Below, piece by piece: positions 47,581 to 57,506 of a stretch of 64,000 nt of DNA (the stretch's first letter is position 1; the number at the start of each line of letters is the position of its first letter). The position numbers and the translations under genes were made by a program. The DNA is from Dehalococcoidia bacterium. Lineage in GTDB: Bacteria; Chloroflexota; Dehalococcoidia; UBA6926. The notes beneath the pieces were generated by a model that saw nothing but the letters and a program-made list of their open reading frames with translations, made no database searches and was not told the DNA's origin. The stretch lies in assembly GCA_963666115.2 (NCBI GenBank), contig CAXXET010000001.1, positions 68,553-132,552 of the forward strand, given 5' to 3'.

Positions 47581-49918
47581 CTAGCCGACGGCGATCAGCG
47601 TGCCGTTATCGGTCAGGACGTAGAGGACGCCGTCCGCGTAGGCCGGCGCTGAGGACACGGGGTCGCCCAGGTCAAGATTCCACAGGTGATCGCCCGACAC
47701 AACGTCAAGGGCATACAGCCGCCCGTCGTCTGAACCGATAAACAGGGTGTCGTTCACGACTGTAGGGGAGCCGGGCCAGGTGGGCTCGTCGCTCAGCGCC
47801 GTCACCCATTGCTCCTGCCCGCCGCCGAGAGTGAACGCGTAGACATTGCCTTCCCGCGTTGCGAAGAATGCCCGGTTGCCGGAGATGGCCGCGTCCGCCC
47901 AGACCTCTTCTCCAATGCTTTGCGTCCACACCGTGCCGCTCTGCGCGGGCGGGAACGGCGCGAGACCCCAGATATAGAATTGCGACCAGAATCTGAGCAC
48001 CGTCTTCTCAAGCGGGAGATTCTGCGAGCGAATGTCGATTGCCCGGACAAATCCGCGCACGTCACCAAGCGCGGCTGTGCCGTGGCTCACTGCGGCGGCA
48101 CCCTCAACCGCGCCTGGGACAACATAGCTGAGCCGCGTCTGCCCCGTCTCGCCAACCAGGACAAGCACCTGGTTCTGCCGTGTTGGGATGATCACCAGCC
48201 CTTCGCTGATGGACGGCGGCGCGTACAGGCCGCCGCCGGTGTCGATTTCCCATCGCTTCTCGCCGTTCCCCGCGTCAAACGCCTGGATCACGCCATCCTG
48301 GCACGCCACGTACACGCTGCCGTCGGCCACGCCCACCCAGCTAAACAGCGGGTTGGAAATTGTGGATTCCCAGATCTTCTCCCCGTTTTCCACATCGAGC
48401 GCGGCCAGCTTTGAACTCCTGTAGGCGACGTAGATACGGTCATCCGCGATGATTGGCGATGCGTCCATTGGGCCGGGCCCATCCCGTTCCCACAACTCCG
48501 AGCCGTCTTTGGTCGAATACGCGAGGATTCGCGCATCAAGCGTAGTGACGAATAAACGCTCATTATCGACCGTTGCCGACGAACTAATTTCTGAGCCGAC
48601 ATCTATGTGCCAGCGCTCAACCCCCTGTGGAACGACGTCCATGTCACTGACGCTGCCGATGCTGGCGGCCCCGCCGCGCGGGCGTTGTCCAGAGGCCGTC
48701 GCCGACCTGCGCTGTCAGGGTGGTTGTCGGCGGGCCTGTAAGCAACCCGGGCGGCGCGCGCCGCGGTCATAGACGAACAGCGCGAGCAGGGCAAGCACGG
48801 CAAAGGCGATTGCCCCGCGGCGCATCCACTTCCGCCTGGTTCGCTGGCGTTGCGTCCGCTGGGCGTACGCCTCTCCCTCGACGCGATTCAGCGCCGGGGC
48901 GTCTCGAATATCCCGCCAGCACACAGGGCAGCGCGTCACGCTTGCGAGGTTGATCGCCAGGCACTCGCCGCAAACGCGGAACTTTCCCGTCCCGTCCTCA
49001 TCCGCTCTCACGCGTGTCGGCTCGAATTGCGCGATGTCGTCCATGATCTCCTGCCGCGCGGTCTCGTCGGGAACCACGATCTGCGCCTCCGGCATGGAGA
49101 GGTTGTTCCGGAACTCCAGCAGTGTTTCCCGCATCTCCTGCGCGGACGCGAACCGCTCGTTCGGGTCCCACGCAAGCGCCCTGGCGGTGATCTCGTCCAG
49201 CGCGGCGGGCAGGGCAGGATTGACCGTCGTCACCGGCGCGATGCGCCCCTCCTGCTGTTTCACGCGCACGGTATCGCGATTGTTGCCGGTAAAGGGCAGG
49301 CGGCCCCGTCAGCGTCTCATACAGCGCCAGCCCCAGTGAGAAGATGTCCGACTTCGGCCCCGGCTCAGAGCCGCGCAGGGTCTCCGGCGCCATGAACGAC
49401 GGCATGGGAATCTGCAAGGACGACTGCAAGCCGCTCATTCCGATCGACAACTCGGACAGCCCCGCGTTCCGCAGCTGCGCGCCGGACACAGGGGTAACGA
49501 ATACGTTGCGGGACGTAACGTCGCCGTGAATGAGTTCGGCGTCATGCAGCGCCTGCAAGCCCGCCGCCGCCTGCGCGATGAGCTGCAATGCCTCATCGAG
49601 TTGGAGTCCCCGTGTCAGCCACCCCCGCAGCTGCTCGCCGCGCGCCGGCTCATAGATCATCCAAAAGGAATCGCCCTCGGGGTGGACGTCGAGAAGTCTG
49701 CCGAGATGCGCGTGATGGACGTCCTGGTGCCGTTCCATGAGCGCGCGGAACGGGCCGAGCGTGTCCGGGTTTTCGAGGGCGCGCGCCCTCGGCTCCCGTA
49801 TCTCTACCGCATCGCCGCTCTCGCGTTCGATGGCCGAATAGACTGAATAAAGAGATGTCCCGGGCAGGGCGGCGATGATGTCGTATCGCTCTTGCAGCGA
49901 TGGGGGCGGCGCTGTCAT
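47581..49918 (-). pseudogene. Ser/Thr kinase-like + Zn ribbon + TM + PQQ-repeat beta-propeller, split by apparent indels (pseudogene or assembly error)
   Basis: Kinase frame (HGD, MAPE, SDIFSLG) continues as GRLPF in another frame; CGEC/CPVC; TM helix; PQQ repeats 47581-48642. Confidence 0.72.
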
Positions 49919-49975
49919 AGGTATTGCGCCATATTCTACGCGCCAGCCCCCAAATGTGCCAACATACCGTCCCTC

Positions 49976-50001
49976 CGTCATTCCCGCGAAAGCGGGAATC
50001 T
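49976..50001. repeat. CGTC-tagged short palindrome
   Basis: CGTCATTCCCGCGAAAGCGGGAATCT. Confidence 0.75.
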
Positions 50002-50028
50002 ACCTCCAAAATATGCCACCATACTCCC

Positions 50029-51021
50029 ATGCTCGAAATCTACTACGGCGAGGACGGCTACTCCCGCAAGCACGCCATTGACGCCCTCCGGGAACAACTC
50101 GGCGACCCTGAGATGGCGTCCCTCAACACCGTCACCCTCAACGCCGCCGACACCACGCCTGCGGAGGTTGTCGCGCAAGCGGGCGCGGTCCCGTTCATGG
50201 CCGAGGGCCGCCTCGTGGTTGTTGAGGGACTTCTGGCGTTGTTTTTGCGTTCGCAGGGCGGGGGCAGCAAGGCGGACTCGTTCCGGGGGTGGGGGCAGCT
50301 GAAAGACATCGCTCCCGGCCTGCCGGAGTCGAACATCCTCGTGCTGTCCGATGAGGCTGCGACGGACTCCAACGCGCTGTTGAAGCACCTTGCGCCCGTT
50401 GCCAACGTGCGCGTTTTCGCGCCGCTGCGGGGCAATGGTCTGGTCGAATGGATCGGCCAAACCGTCCGCGAACGAGGTGGGCGGATGGACAACGCCGCGC
50501 AGCGCGCGCTTGCCGACGCGCACGGCAGCAACCTCTGGGCGCTCTCCAACGAGATCGACAAGCTTCTGCTGTATGCGGGGCCTGACAGGCCTGTCACGGT
50601 TGAGGACGTTAGCTCCATGACCGGGACAACCCGCGAGGAAAATATTTTCGCAATGGTCGATGACGTGATCGAGCGCCGCTATCCGCGCGCCCGTGAGCGA
50701 ATCGAAAGGCTGAGGTCGGACACTGGCGCGGCAGTGCCGCAGATCATGGCCATGCTCGGCACGCAGGTCAGGCGGCTCCTTGCCGCAAAGGACGCAACGG
50801 AGCGCCGCGTCTCGCAGTCCGAACTCCAGGATGCCATCGGTTCGCGCTCCGATTTCGCCATCCGCAAGACGGTCAACCAGAGCCGCAGCTTCACGATGCC
50901 CCGCCTCCGCGAGATGCACCGCGCCATCCTGGACTACGACATCGCCCTCAAAACAGGCCAACTCAACGAAGACACCGCGCTGGAACTCCTCATAGCAGAC
51001 CTCTGCGGCATCGGCGCCTAA
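50029..51021 (+). CDS. holA: DNA polymerase III delta subunit
   Basis: YYGEDGY, VPFMAEGRLVVV, NEIDKLLLY, NIFAMVD, DIALKTG. Confidence 0.9.
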   Translation: MLEIYYGEDGYSRKHAIDALREQLGDPEMASLNTVTLNAADTTPAEVVAQAGAVPFMAEGRLVVVEGLLALFLRSQGGGSKADSFRGWGQLKDIAPGLPESNILVLSDEAATDSNALLKHLAPVANVRVFAPLRGNGLVEWIGQTVRERGGRMDNAAQRALADAHGSNLWALSNEIDKLLLYAGPDRPVTVEDVSSMTGTTREENIFAMVDDVIERRYPRARERIERLRSDTGAAVPQIMAMLGTQVRRLLAAKDATERRVSQSELQDAIGSRSDFAIRKTVNQSRSFTMPRLREMHRAILDYDIALKTGQLNEDTALELLIADLCGIGA

Positions 51022-52004
51022 TCCGGCGTCACCGGGTTATAGCACGCCAGCGTGTGCCCCTCTCCCACCTCATCGAGCGGCGGCATTGGATTTGTGCGGC
51101 ACGTCACCGTCGCCTTGTTACAGCGGGGCAGGAACGGGCACTCGTCCGGCGCGTCCAGCAGGTCCGGCGGCGCGCCCGGCACGCCGCGCAGCGGCCTCGT
51201 ATCCCTGTCCAGCCGGGGCATGGCGTTCAGCAGCGCCGCCGTATATGGATGCCGGGGGTTGTGGAACAGCGTGACCGTATCGGCGGATTCCACGATGCGG
51301 CCGCCGTACATCACCAGCACGCGATCCGCCGCCCGCGCGATGACGCCCATGTCGTGCGTGATCAGGATGATCGCCGTGCCTGCGTCTTTTGCCAGCCCCA
51401 TGAGCCGGTCGAGAATCTCGGCTTGTAGCGTCACGTCGAGCGCAGAGGTCGGCTCATCGGCGATGAGCAGCTCCGGTTTCAGCGCCAGCATCATGGCCAG
51501 CATCACGCGCTGGCACATGCCGCCGCTCATCTCCCACGGGTAGCTCCGCATCACGTAGTCCGGGTCCGGCAGGCCAAGCGACGCCAGGCCATCGAGGGTC
51601 TGTTCACGCACCTCATCCGCGTCGACACGCCCGTGGGCGTTGAATATCTCCGCGATCTGGTCGCCGATGGTGATGAGAGGATTGAGCGCGGCCTGCGGGT
51701 CCTGGAAGATCATGGCCATCGCCTCGCCCCGCAGGATGCGCCGCTCGTCCTCGTCCATCTCATCCAGGTCTGTTCCCCGGAAGCGGATGCGCCCGTCCAC
51801 GACGCGGCCGGGGTAGGGCACGAGTCCCATCACGGACAACCCGGCAGTCGTCTTGCCGCAGCCGCTCTCCCCAACGATACCGAGGATTTCCCCGCGCCGG
51901 ACGGAAAAGCCGGTCTCCTGCACGGCCTTGACCGTGCCGTCCTGCGTAAAGAAGGACGTGTGCAGATTCTCAACGCTCAACAGCGGCTCAGCAGAGGCAT
52001 TCAT
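51018..52004 (-). CDS. oppD: Oligopeptide/dipeptide ABC transporter ATPase (orphan)
   Basis: GESGCGKT, MSGGMCQR, IADEPT, HPYT..LL, CPFLPRC. Confidence 0.88.
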   Translation of the reverse strand: MNASAEPLLSVENLHTSFFTQDGTVKAVQETGFSVRRGEILGIVGESGCGKTTAGLSVMGLVPYPGRVVDGRIRFRGTDLDEMDEDERRILRGEAMAMIFQDPQAALNPLITIGDQIAEIFNAHGRVDADEVREQTLDGLASLGLPDPDYVMRSYPWEMSGGMCQRVMLAMMLALKPELLIADEPTSALDVTLQAEILDRLMGLAKDAGTAIILITHDMGVIARAADRVLVMYGGRIVESADTVTLFHNPRHPYTAALLNAMPRLDRDTRPLRGVPGAPPDLLDAPDECPFLPRCNKATVTCRTNPMPPLDEVGEGHTLACYNPVTPD

Positions 52005-52020
52005 CCACCCAGCATACCCC

Positions 52021-52048
52021 TCACCCTTCGACAGGCTCAGGGTGAACG
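52021..52048. repeat. CCCTTCGACAGGCTCAG family repeat, copy 2
   Basis: TCACCCTTCGACAGGCTCAGGGTGAACG. Confidence 0.8.
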
Positions 52049-52139
52049 TGCTGCCCCGCATTTGACACGAGCGCGCGCGCGTACATAGAGTTACCTATGG
52101 CGGCATGTGAAGCCCAACCTGCCTGAAGGAGCCACGAGC

Positions 52140-52532
52140 GTGGTTGAGAGCGGCAAGTACTGGATCATCGCGGCTATGGCTGTCGCCGCTGTTCTTGTTC
52201 CCCTGAGCCTCATGATCTTCTCCGGGATGCTCCAGCGCATCCGCATCCGCCCGTCCACGCCCCCCGACCAGGAACCCCGTTTCATGCGCATGACGTACGA
52301 ATCCGGCATGGTTCCCACCGGCTCGGCCAACGTCCAGTTCAACTTCCGGTTCTACCTGTTCGCGCTCCTGTTCGTCATCTTCGACGTCGAGGTCATCTTC
52401 CTGCTGCCCTGGGCCGCGCGATTCCTCTCGCTGGGGTGGGTGGCCTTTATCGGCATGGCCATATTCCTTATCCTCGTGCTAATCGGATTTCTCTATGAAT
52501 GGAAGAAGGAGGCGCTCGAGTGGCAGAAATGA
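52140..52532 (+). CDS. nuoA: NADH-quinone oxidoreductase subunit A
   Basis: [27 protein letters not shown]; start 52107 or 52140. Confidence 0.93.
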   Translation: MVESGKYWIIAAMAVAAVLVPLSLMIFSGMLQRIRIRPSTPPDQEPRFMRMTYESGMVPTGSANVQFNFRFYLFALLFVIFDVEVIFLLPWAARFLSLGWVAFIGMAIFLILVLIGFLYEWKKEALEWQK

Positions 52533-53188
52533 TGCCCCCCACGCCGCCGGGGCCAGAGCAGCTGCCGTCGCCCTACGGCATCCCCCTCACCGTCACGACC
52601 AACCAGTTGGACAACGAGGAGGGGGAGGTCATCGAGCGGCTGCGCGCGCTGGCGACCGAGCAGCACGTCGATGAGCCGATTGAGGTTCCCGAATCCCTCA
52701 AGCGATCCGTCCTGGTCACCTCCCTCGACGCGCTGCTGGATTGGGGACGCTCCAACTCGGTGTGGCCCGTCACGCTCGGCCTGGCCTGCTGCGCCTTTGA
52801 GATGATCGCCGCCGTCATGCCGCGATTCGACCAGTCGCGGTTCGGCATGGAGATTTTCCGTGCCTCTCCCCGGCAGGCCGACCTGATGATCGTGTCCGGC
52901 ACGGTCACGTGGAAGATGGCGCCCGTCGTTCGCCGCATCTATGAGCAGATGCCGAATCCCAAGTGGGTCATTTCGATGGGCGTGTGCGCCACCAGCGGCG
53001 GTCCCTACTACCAGGGCTACAGCGTCGTGCCCGGCGTCAACCGCCTCGTGCCCGTTGACGTGTACGTGCCCGGGTGCCCGCCGCGCCCGGACGCGCTCCT
53101 GCACGGCCTGCTCAAACTCCAGGAAAAGATCAAGCGCGACTCCCTCGTGAAAGAGAGCGGGCCGCGCCTGCGAAAGCTCATCTCCTGA
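52529..53188 (+). CDS. nuoB: Complex I subunit B
   Basis: [24 protein letters not shown]. Confidence 0.95.
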   Translation: MMPPTPPGPEQLPSPYGIPLTVTTNQLDNEEGEVIERLRALATEQHVDEPIEVPESLKRSVLVTSLDALLDWGRSNSVWPVTLGLACCAFEMIAAVMPRFDQSRFGMEIFRASPRQADLMIVSGTVTWKMAPVVRRIYEQMPNPKWVISMGVCATSGGPYYQGYSVVPGVNRLVPVDVYVPGCPPRPDALLHGLLKLQEKIKRDSLVKESGPRLRKLIS

Positions 53189-53194
53189 GGCCAT

Positions 53195-53635
53195 ATGACA
53201 ATCGCCGTTTCCGGTCACGACATAGCCGACAGGCTCCGCGACGCGCTGCCGGATGCCATTGAGGAGGCGCGCAATGAGTGGGTTGTCGTCTCCCCCGAGA
53301 GCATCGTTGACGTATGCCGCCTCCTCCGCGACGACGATGAAACCGATTTTCGGATGCTGCGCTCCATCGACGCGGTGGATTTCATCGACCGCTTTGAACT
53401 CCGCTACGGCCTGCTCTCCGTCCGCCGCAACCAGGAGGCGACTCTCAAGGTTCGCGTGTGGGGCAGGGACGACCTCAGCGTGCCGTCCGTGACGCCACTG
53501 TGGGAGGGCGCGAATCTCCAGGAGCGCGAGATCTACGACCTGTTCGGAATCGAATTTGAGGGCCACCCCAACATGAAGCGGATCCTGCTGTGGGAGGGCT
53601 TTCCCGGCCACCCGCTCCGCAAGGATTTCGCGTAA
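53195..53635 (+). CDS. nuoC: Complex I subunit C
   Basis: EREIYDLFGIEFEGHP, GHPLRKDF. Confidence 0.95.
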   Translation: MTIAVSGHDIADRLRDALPDAIEEARNEWVVVSPESIVDVCRLLRDDDETDFRMLRSIDAVDFIDRFELRYGLLSVRRNQEATLKVRVWGRDDLSVPSVTPLWEGANLQEREIYDLFGIEFEGHPNMKRILLWEGFPGHPLRKDFA

Positions 53636-53658
53636 ACCGGCCTGGTGAGCAGAGCCAA

Positions 53659-54798
53659 ATGCAGATGTCGCAACAGCCTGCCAACGGCGAATCAACCGGC
53701 TACAATATCGAGCCGGTGCTGCTCAACCTGGGGCCGCAGCACCCGTCCACGCACGGCGTCTTCCGCATCCGCGCGCTGCTGGACGGCGAGGAAGTCGTGG
53801 ACGTTGAGCCGGTGTTCGGCTACCTCCACCGCGGCAGTTCCAAGCTGGCGGAGGAGCGCAGCTACACCCAGGTCATCACGCTGACCGACCGTCTCGATTA
53901 CCTCTCCGGCATGACCAACAACCTTGCCTACGTCCGCGCCGTGGAGGCGCTGGCGGGCGTGGAGGTGCCGGAGCGCGCGCAGTATCTCCGCGTCATGACC
54001 GCCGAACTGATGCGAATTGCCAGCCATCTCATGGCGCTCGGCTTTCTCATCAACGACCTCGGCGCGTGGGTTACACCCCTCATGCACATGTTCCGCGAGC
54101 GCGAGAAAGTGCTGGACCTCTTTGAGATGATCTGCGGCGCGCGCATCACGTTCAGCTATATGCGGATTGGCGGCGTCTCCCATGACCTGCCCCCCGGCTT
54201 TGACGCCGCCCTCTACGGATTCCTCGATGATTTCGAGGAGCGCGTCGTGGAGTATGAGAAACTCCTGCTCGAGAACGAAATCCTCGTTTCACGCATGAAG
54301 GGCATCGCCCCCCTGACCGGCGAGCGCGCCATCGAGTGCTCCGTCACCGGCCCCAACCTCCGCGCCTCCGGCGTCAACTTTGATCTCCGCAAGCAGGCGC
54401 CGTATGAGGTCTATGACCGCATGAGCTTCGACGTGCCGGTCACGCAGAACGGCGACAACTGGGACCGGATGTGGGTGCGCTTGCAGGAGATGAAAGAGTC
54501 CGCGAAGATGGCGCGGCAGTGCGTGGCGGAGCTGCCGGACGGCATCACGCGCACGGAGGCCGATTTCTTCATCCGCCCGCCCGTTGGAGAGGTCTACAGC
54601 GCAATTGAGGCCACCAAGGGCGAGCTTGGGTTCTACCTGGTCAGCGACGGCACGATCGCGCCGTACCGTTGCGGCATCCGCTCCCCCTCGTTCATCAATC
54701 TCACCGTCCTGCGCGAACTCTGCATCGGCTGGAAACTGGCCGACTTGATCGTGAATTTTGGCACCCTGGACATCAACGTGGGCGAGGTTGACCGATGA
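53659..54798 (+). CDS. nuoD: Complex I subunit D
   Basis: GPQHPSTHGV, GYLHRG, DRLDY, GEVDR. Confidence 0.95.
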   Translation: MQMSQQPANGESTGYNIEPVLLNLGPQHPSTHGVFRIRALLDGEEVVDVEPVFGYLHRGSSKLAEERSYTQVITLTDRLDYLSGMTNNLAYVRAVEALAGVEVPERAQYLRVMTAELMRIASHLMALGFLINDLGAWVTPLMHMFREREKVLDLFEMICGARITFSYMRIGGVSHDLPPGFDAALYGFLDDFEERVVEYEKLLLENEILVSRMKGIAPLTGERAIECSVTGPNLRASGVNFDLRKQAPYEVYDRMSFDVPVTQNGDNWDRMWVRLQEMKESAKMARQCVAELPDGITRTEADFFIRPPVGEVYSAIEATKGELGFYLVSDGTIAPYRCGIRSPSFINLTVLRELCIGWKLADLIVNFGTLDINVGEVDR

Positions 54799-55958
54799 TC
54801 GCCGAACTCACCCGCGACATCCTCGAGGGCTATCTGTCCGTCGATACCGTCGATATGATCATGCCGCTGCTTGGCGTCTTCATCGTCGTCAACGTCCTGC
54901 TCGGCAGCGCCGTTATGCTCACCTACGCGGAGCGCCGCATCGTCGCCCGGATGCAGAACCGCATCGGCCCCAACCGCGTCGGCCCGTTCGGCCTGCTGCA
55001 GGGCGTGGCCGACCTCATGAAACTGGTGCTAAAGGAAGACCTGACGCCCCGCGCCGCGGACCGGCTCGTCTTTCTCATCGCCCCCATCCTCTTCTTCGCG
55101 CCCGCCATCGCGTTGTTTGCCGTCGTGCCGTTCTTCGACGGCTGGGCAGTCGCCGACCTCGACGCGGGCATCGTCTACGTCATCGCCGTCACGTCCGTAT
55201 CGTCGGTGGCGGCATTCGCGGCGGGGTGGGCGTCCAACAACAAGTACTCGCTGTACGGCGCGGTGCGCGGCGTGGCGCAGCTTGTCAGCTATGAAGTGCC
55301 ACTGATCCTGGCCGTCACGTCCGTCGTCATTCTCGCCGGTTCGCTCAGCCTCCAGGAGATTGTCGAGGCGCAGGGCATCCCGTTCGTGCTCGTGCAGCCG
55401 CTCGGATTCCTGATCATGCTGATCGCCGTGACAGCAGAACTGAACCGCACGCCGTTCGACATCAACGAGGCGGAATCGGAGATCGTGGCCGGATTCCACA
55501 CCGAGTACACGGGAACGAAATTCGCGCTGATCTACGGCGCGGAATACGTCGCGGCCCTCGGCTGGTCCGCCGTCATCGTCACCCTGTTCTTTGCGGGCTG
55601 GAAGCCGGACGTGGGCGGCCTGCTCTGGTTCGCCCTCAAGACGTCGGCCGTCGTCTTCCTCTTTTTCTGGTTCCGGGGCACGTGGCCGCGCGTCCGCATC
55701 GACCAGATGCTTGCGCTTGCGTGGAAGCTCCTCTTCCCGCTTGCGACGCTCAACATCCTTGTCACGGCGGGCGAGGTATTGGCGATGCAGGCGCTGTTCT
55801 CGCTTGAACCGGGCGAGGCGCTGCCCGTCGCGGTGCTGGCCATCATTGCGGTCATCAACATCGGGCTGACGGTGGTGGTTTTGGCGCTGCTGTCCCGCGT
55901 GCCGGGCCTTGCGAAGTTTGATCAACAACTGGCGGCCCCGGCCGGGGCGCGGGTATAG
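54795..55958 (+). CDS. nuoH: Complex I subunit H
   Basis: RIGPNRVGP, NRTPFD..EAESE. Confidence 0.95.
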   Translation: MIAELTRDILEGYLSVDTVDMIMPLLGVFIVVNVLLGSAVMLTYAERRIVARMQNRIGPNRVGPFGLLQGVADLMKLVLKEDLTPRAADRLVFLIAPILFFAPAIALFAVVPFFDGWAVADLDAGIVYVIAVTSVSSVAAFAAGWASNNKYSLYGAVRGVAQLVSYEVPLILAVTSVVILAGSLSLQEIVEAQGIPFVLVQPLGFLIMLIAVTAELNRTPFDINEAESEIVAGFHTEYTGTKFALIYGAEYVAALGWSAVIVTLFFAGWKPDVGGLLWFALKTSAVVFLFFWFRGTWPRVRIDQMLALAWKLLFPLATLNILVTAGEVLAMQALFSLEPGEALPVAVLAIIAVINIGLTVVVLALLSRVPGLAKFDQQLAAPAGARV

Positions 55959-55967
55959 GAGGCAGCC

Positions 55968-56474
55968 ATGGCTCTGTTTGGCACGGGAGCGCTTAAGGGA
56001 CTGATGGTCACGCTCGGCTATATCCGGCGCAAGCCGTTCACCACCCAGTACCCGGAGGAAAAGCTGGAGCAGTCCCCCCGGTTCCGTGGCAACACCTTCG
56101 TCTGGTACGAGGAGCGGTGCACCGGCTGCGCCACGTGCGCCAAGGGCTGCCCGCTCGGCATCATCCGCATCGTCACCCACCCGGAGCCGCACTCGCAGGT
56201 CGGCAGCGACTACCACGTGGACGTCTTTGACATCGATACGGGGCGGTGCATGTTCTGCGCCCTTTGCGTTGAGGTCTGCCCCTACGACGCGCTGCACATG
56301 GGCGGCGATTTTGAGCAGGCGTCGTATGGCCGCGAGGACATGGTGATCAGCGTTGAGGACCTGAAGGCCATGCCCAAGAAGCCGCGCACGCAGTTCCGCC
56401 CCCAGATGGAGATGATCGGCCACACGGGCAAGGACGAACTGGAAGAGCATGAGGCGGGGCGGTGGTCACTCTAG
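55968..56474 (+). CDS. nuoI: Complex I subunit I
   Basis: TTQYPEE, two CxxCxxCxxxCP motifs. Confidence 0.95.
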   Translation: MALFGTGALKGLMVTLGYIRRKPFTTQYPEEKLEQSPRFRGNTFVWYEERCTGCATCAKGCPLGIIRIVTHPEPHSQVGSDYHVDVFDIDTGRCMFCALCVEVCPYDALHMGGDFEQASYGREDMVISVEDLKAMPKKPRTQFRPQMEMIGHTGKDELEEHEAGRWSL

Positions 56475-56965
56475 CATTCTTCTTTCTCGCCACTGCCGCG
56501 ATGATCGGCGCGCTTGCCGTCGTCACCGCGCGCAACCTCTTCTACGCCGCGCTTGGCCTGCTGGTCAGCCTTGCCGCAGTGGCGGGCATCTACGTCACCC
56601 TGGACGCCGACTTTCTCGCGCTCGCGCAATTCATGATCTACGTCGGCGGCATCGCAGTTCTCATCGTCTTTGCCGTGATGATGACCGCGCAGATCAACCG
56701 CGCCAGCAGTTCCCATCGCCTCTGGCCGCTCGGCTTGCTGACCGGCGCGGCGACGCTTGCCGGCCTTGCCTACGTCATGATCAGCACGGAATGGCGCAGC
56801 GAGGGCAGGGGGGAGACGATCTCTCCGATGGTTGGCGACGCGGCCTCCCCCGGCGTCCACCTGCCGGATCTCCTGTTCAGCACGTATCTCCTGCCGTTCG
56901 AGCTGGCGGGACTTCTGCTGCTTGTTGCGACGATTGGCGCGCTTGTCATCGCGCGGGAGCGGTGA
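56462..56965 (+). CDS. nuoJ: Complex I subunit J
   Basis: QFMIYVGGIAVL, YLLPFE. Confidence 0.92.
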   Translation: MVTLAFFFLATAAMIGALAVVTARNLFYAALGLLVSLAAVAGIYVTLDADFLALAQFMIYVGGIAVLIVFAVMMTAQINRASSSHRLWPLGLLTGAATLAGLAYVMISTEWRSEGRGETISPMVGDAASPGVHLPDLLFSTYLLPFELAGLLLLVATIGALVIARER

Positions 56966-56979
56966 GGCGGGCAGGCACG

Positions 56980-57291
56980 ATGGATACACTCGCGCTTGAA
57001 CACTATCTCCTGCTCTCCGCAGGACTCTTTTCCGTCGGGCTGATCGGCGTTCTTGCCAAGCGCAACGTCGTCGTGATTCTCATGTCCATCGAGCTGATGC
57101 TGAACGGCGTGAACGTCGCCCTCGTCGCATTCTCCCGCTACTCCCCCGTCGACCAACTCGACGGCCATATCTTTGCCATCTTCATCATCACCGTTGCCGC
57201 CGCGGAGGTGGCCATCGGCCTCGCCATCCTCCTGACCATCTTCGCCCGCCGCAACACCGTAGACGCGGCGGAGATCAATCTGTTGAAGTGA
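56980..57291 (+). CDS. nuoK: Complex I subunit K
   Basis: MSIELMLNG, AAAEVAIGLA. Confidence 0.95.
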   Translation: MDTLALEHYLLLSAGLFSVGLIGVLAKRNVVVILMSIELMLNGVNVALVAFSRYSPVDQLDGHIFAIFIITVAAAEVAIGLAILLTIFARRNTVDAAEINLLK

Positions 57292-57303
57292 TGGGTGAGA
57301 GAA

Positions 57304-57498
57304 ATGTGGGTTGAGTTTAAGCGCGTCAAGGGACTGAAAGCCGCCGAGATGTGGAAGACCCTCTATGAGGGCGAGGGCCTCCCCACGCGCATCATGCCCG
57401 ACCGCGTTGAGCAGTGGGGCGATGAATTCGCGGAGTTCAAGGTCTGCATCCCCCGCGCCCGCGAGCACGTCGCAGAAGAGATCGAGCGGAAGGTCTAA
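57304..57498 (+). CDS. Small soluble protein (DUF2007-like) inside the nuo operon
   Basis: 64 aa ORF filling the nuoK-nuoL gap; AEMWKTLYEGEGLP. Confidence 0.75.
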   Translation: MWVEFKRVKGLKAAEMWKTLYEGEGLPTRIMPDRVEQWGDEFAEFKVCIPRAREHVAEEIERKV

Positions 57499-57506
57499 GC
57501 CACGCC

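Noticed and set aside
48715-48717. Selenocysteine or readthrough at the in-frame TGA
   Set aside because: The alternative frame gives a more plausible linker with a W...RGG motif; compensating indels explain it better and no SECIS-like support is evident
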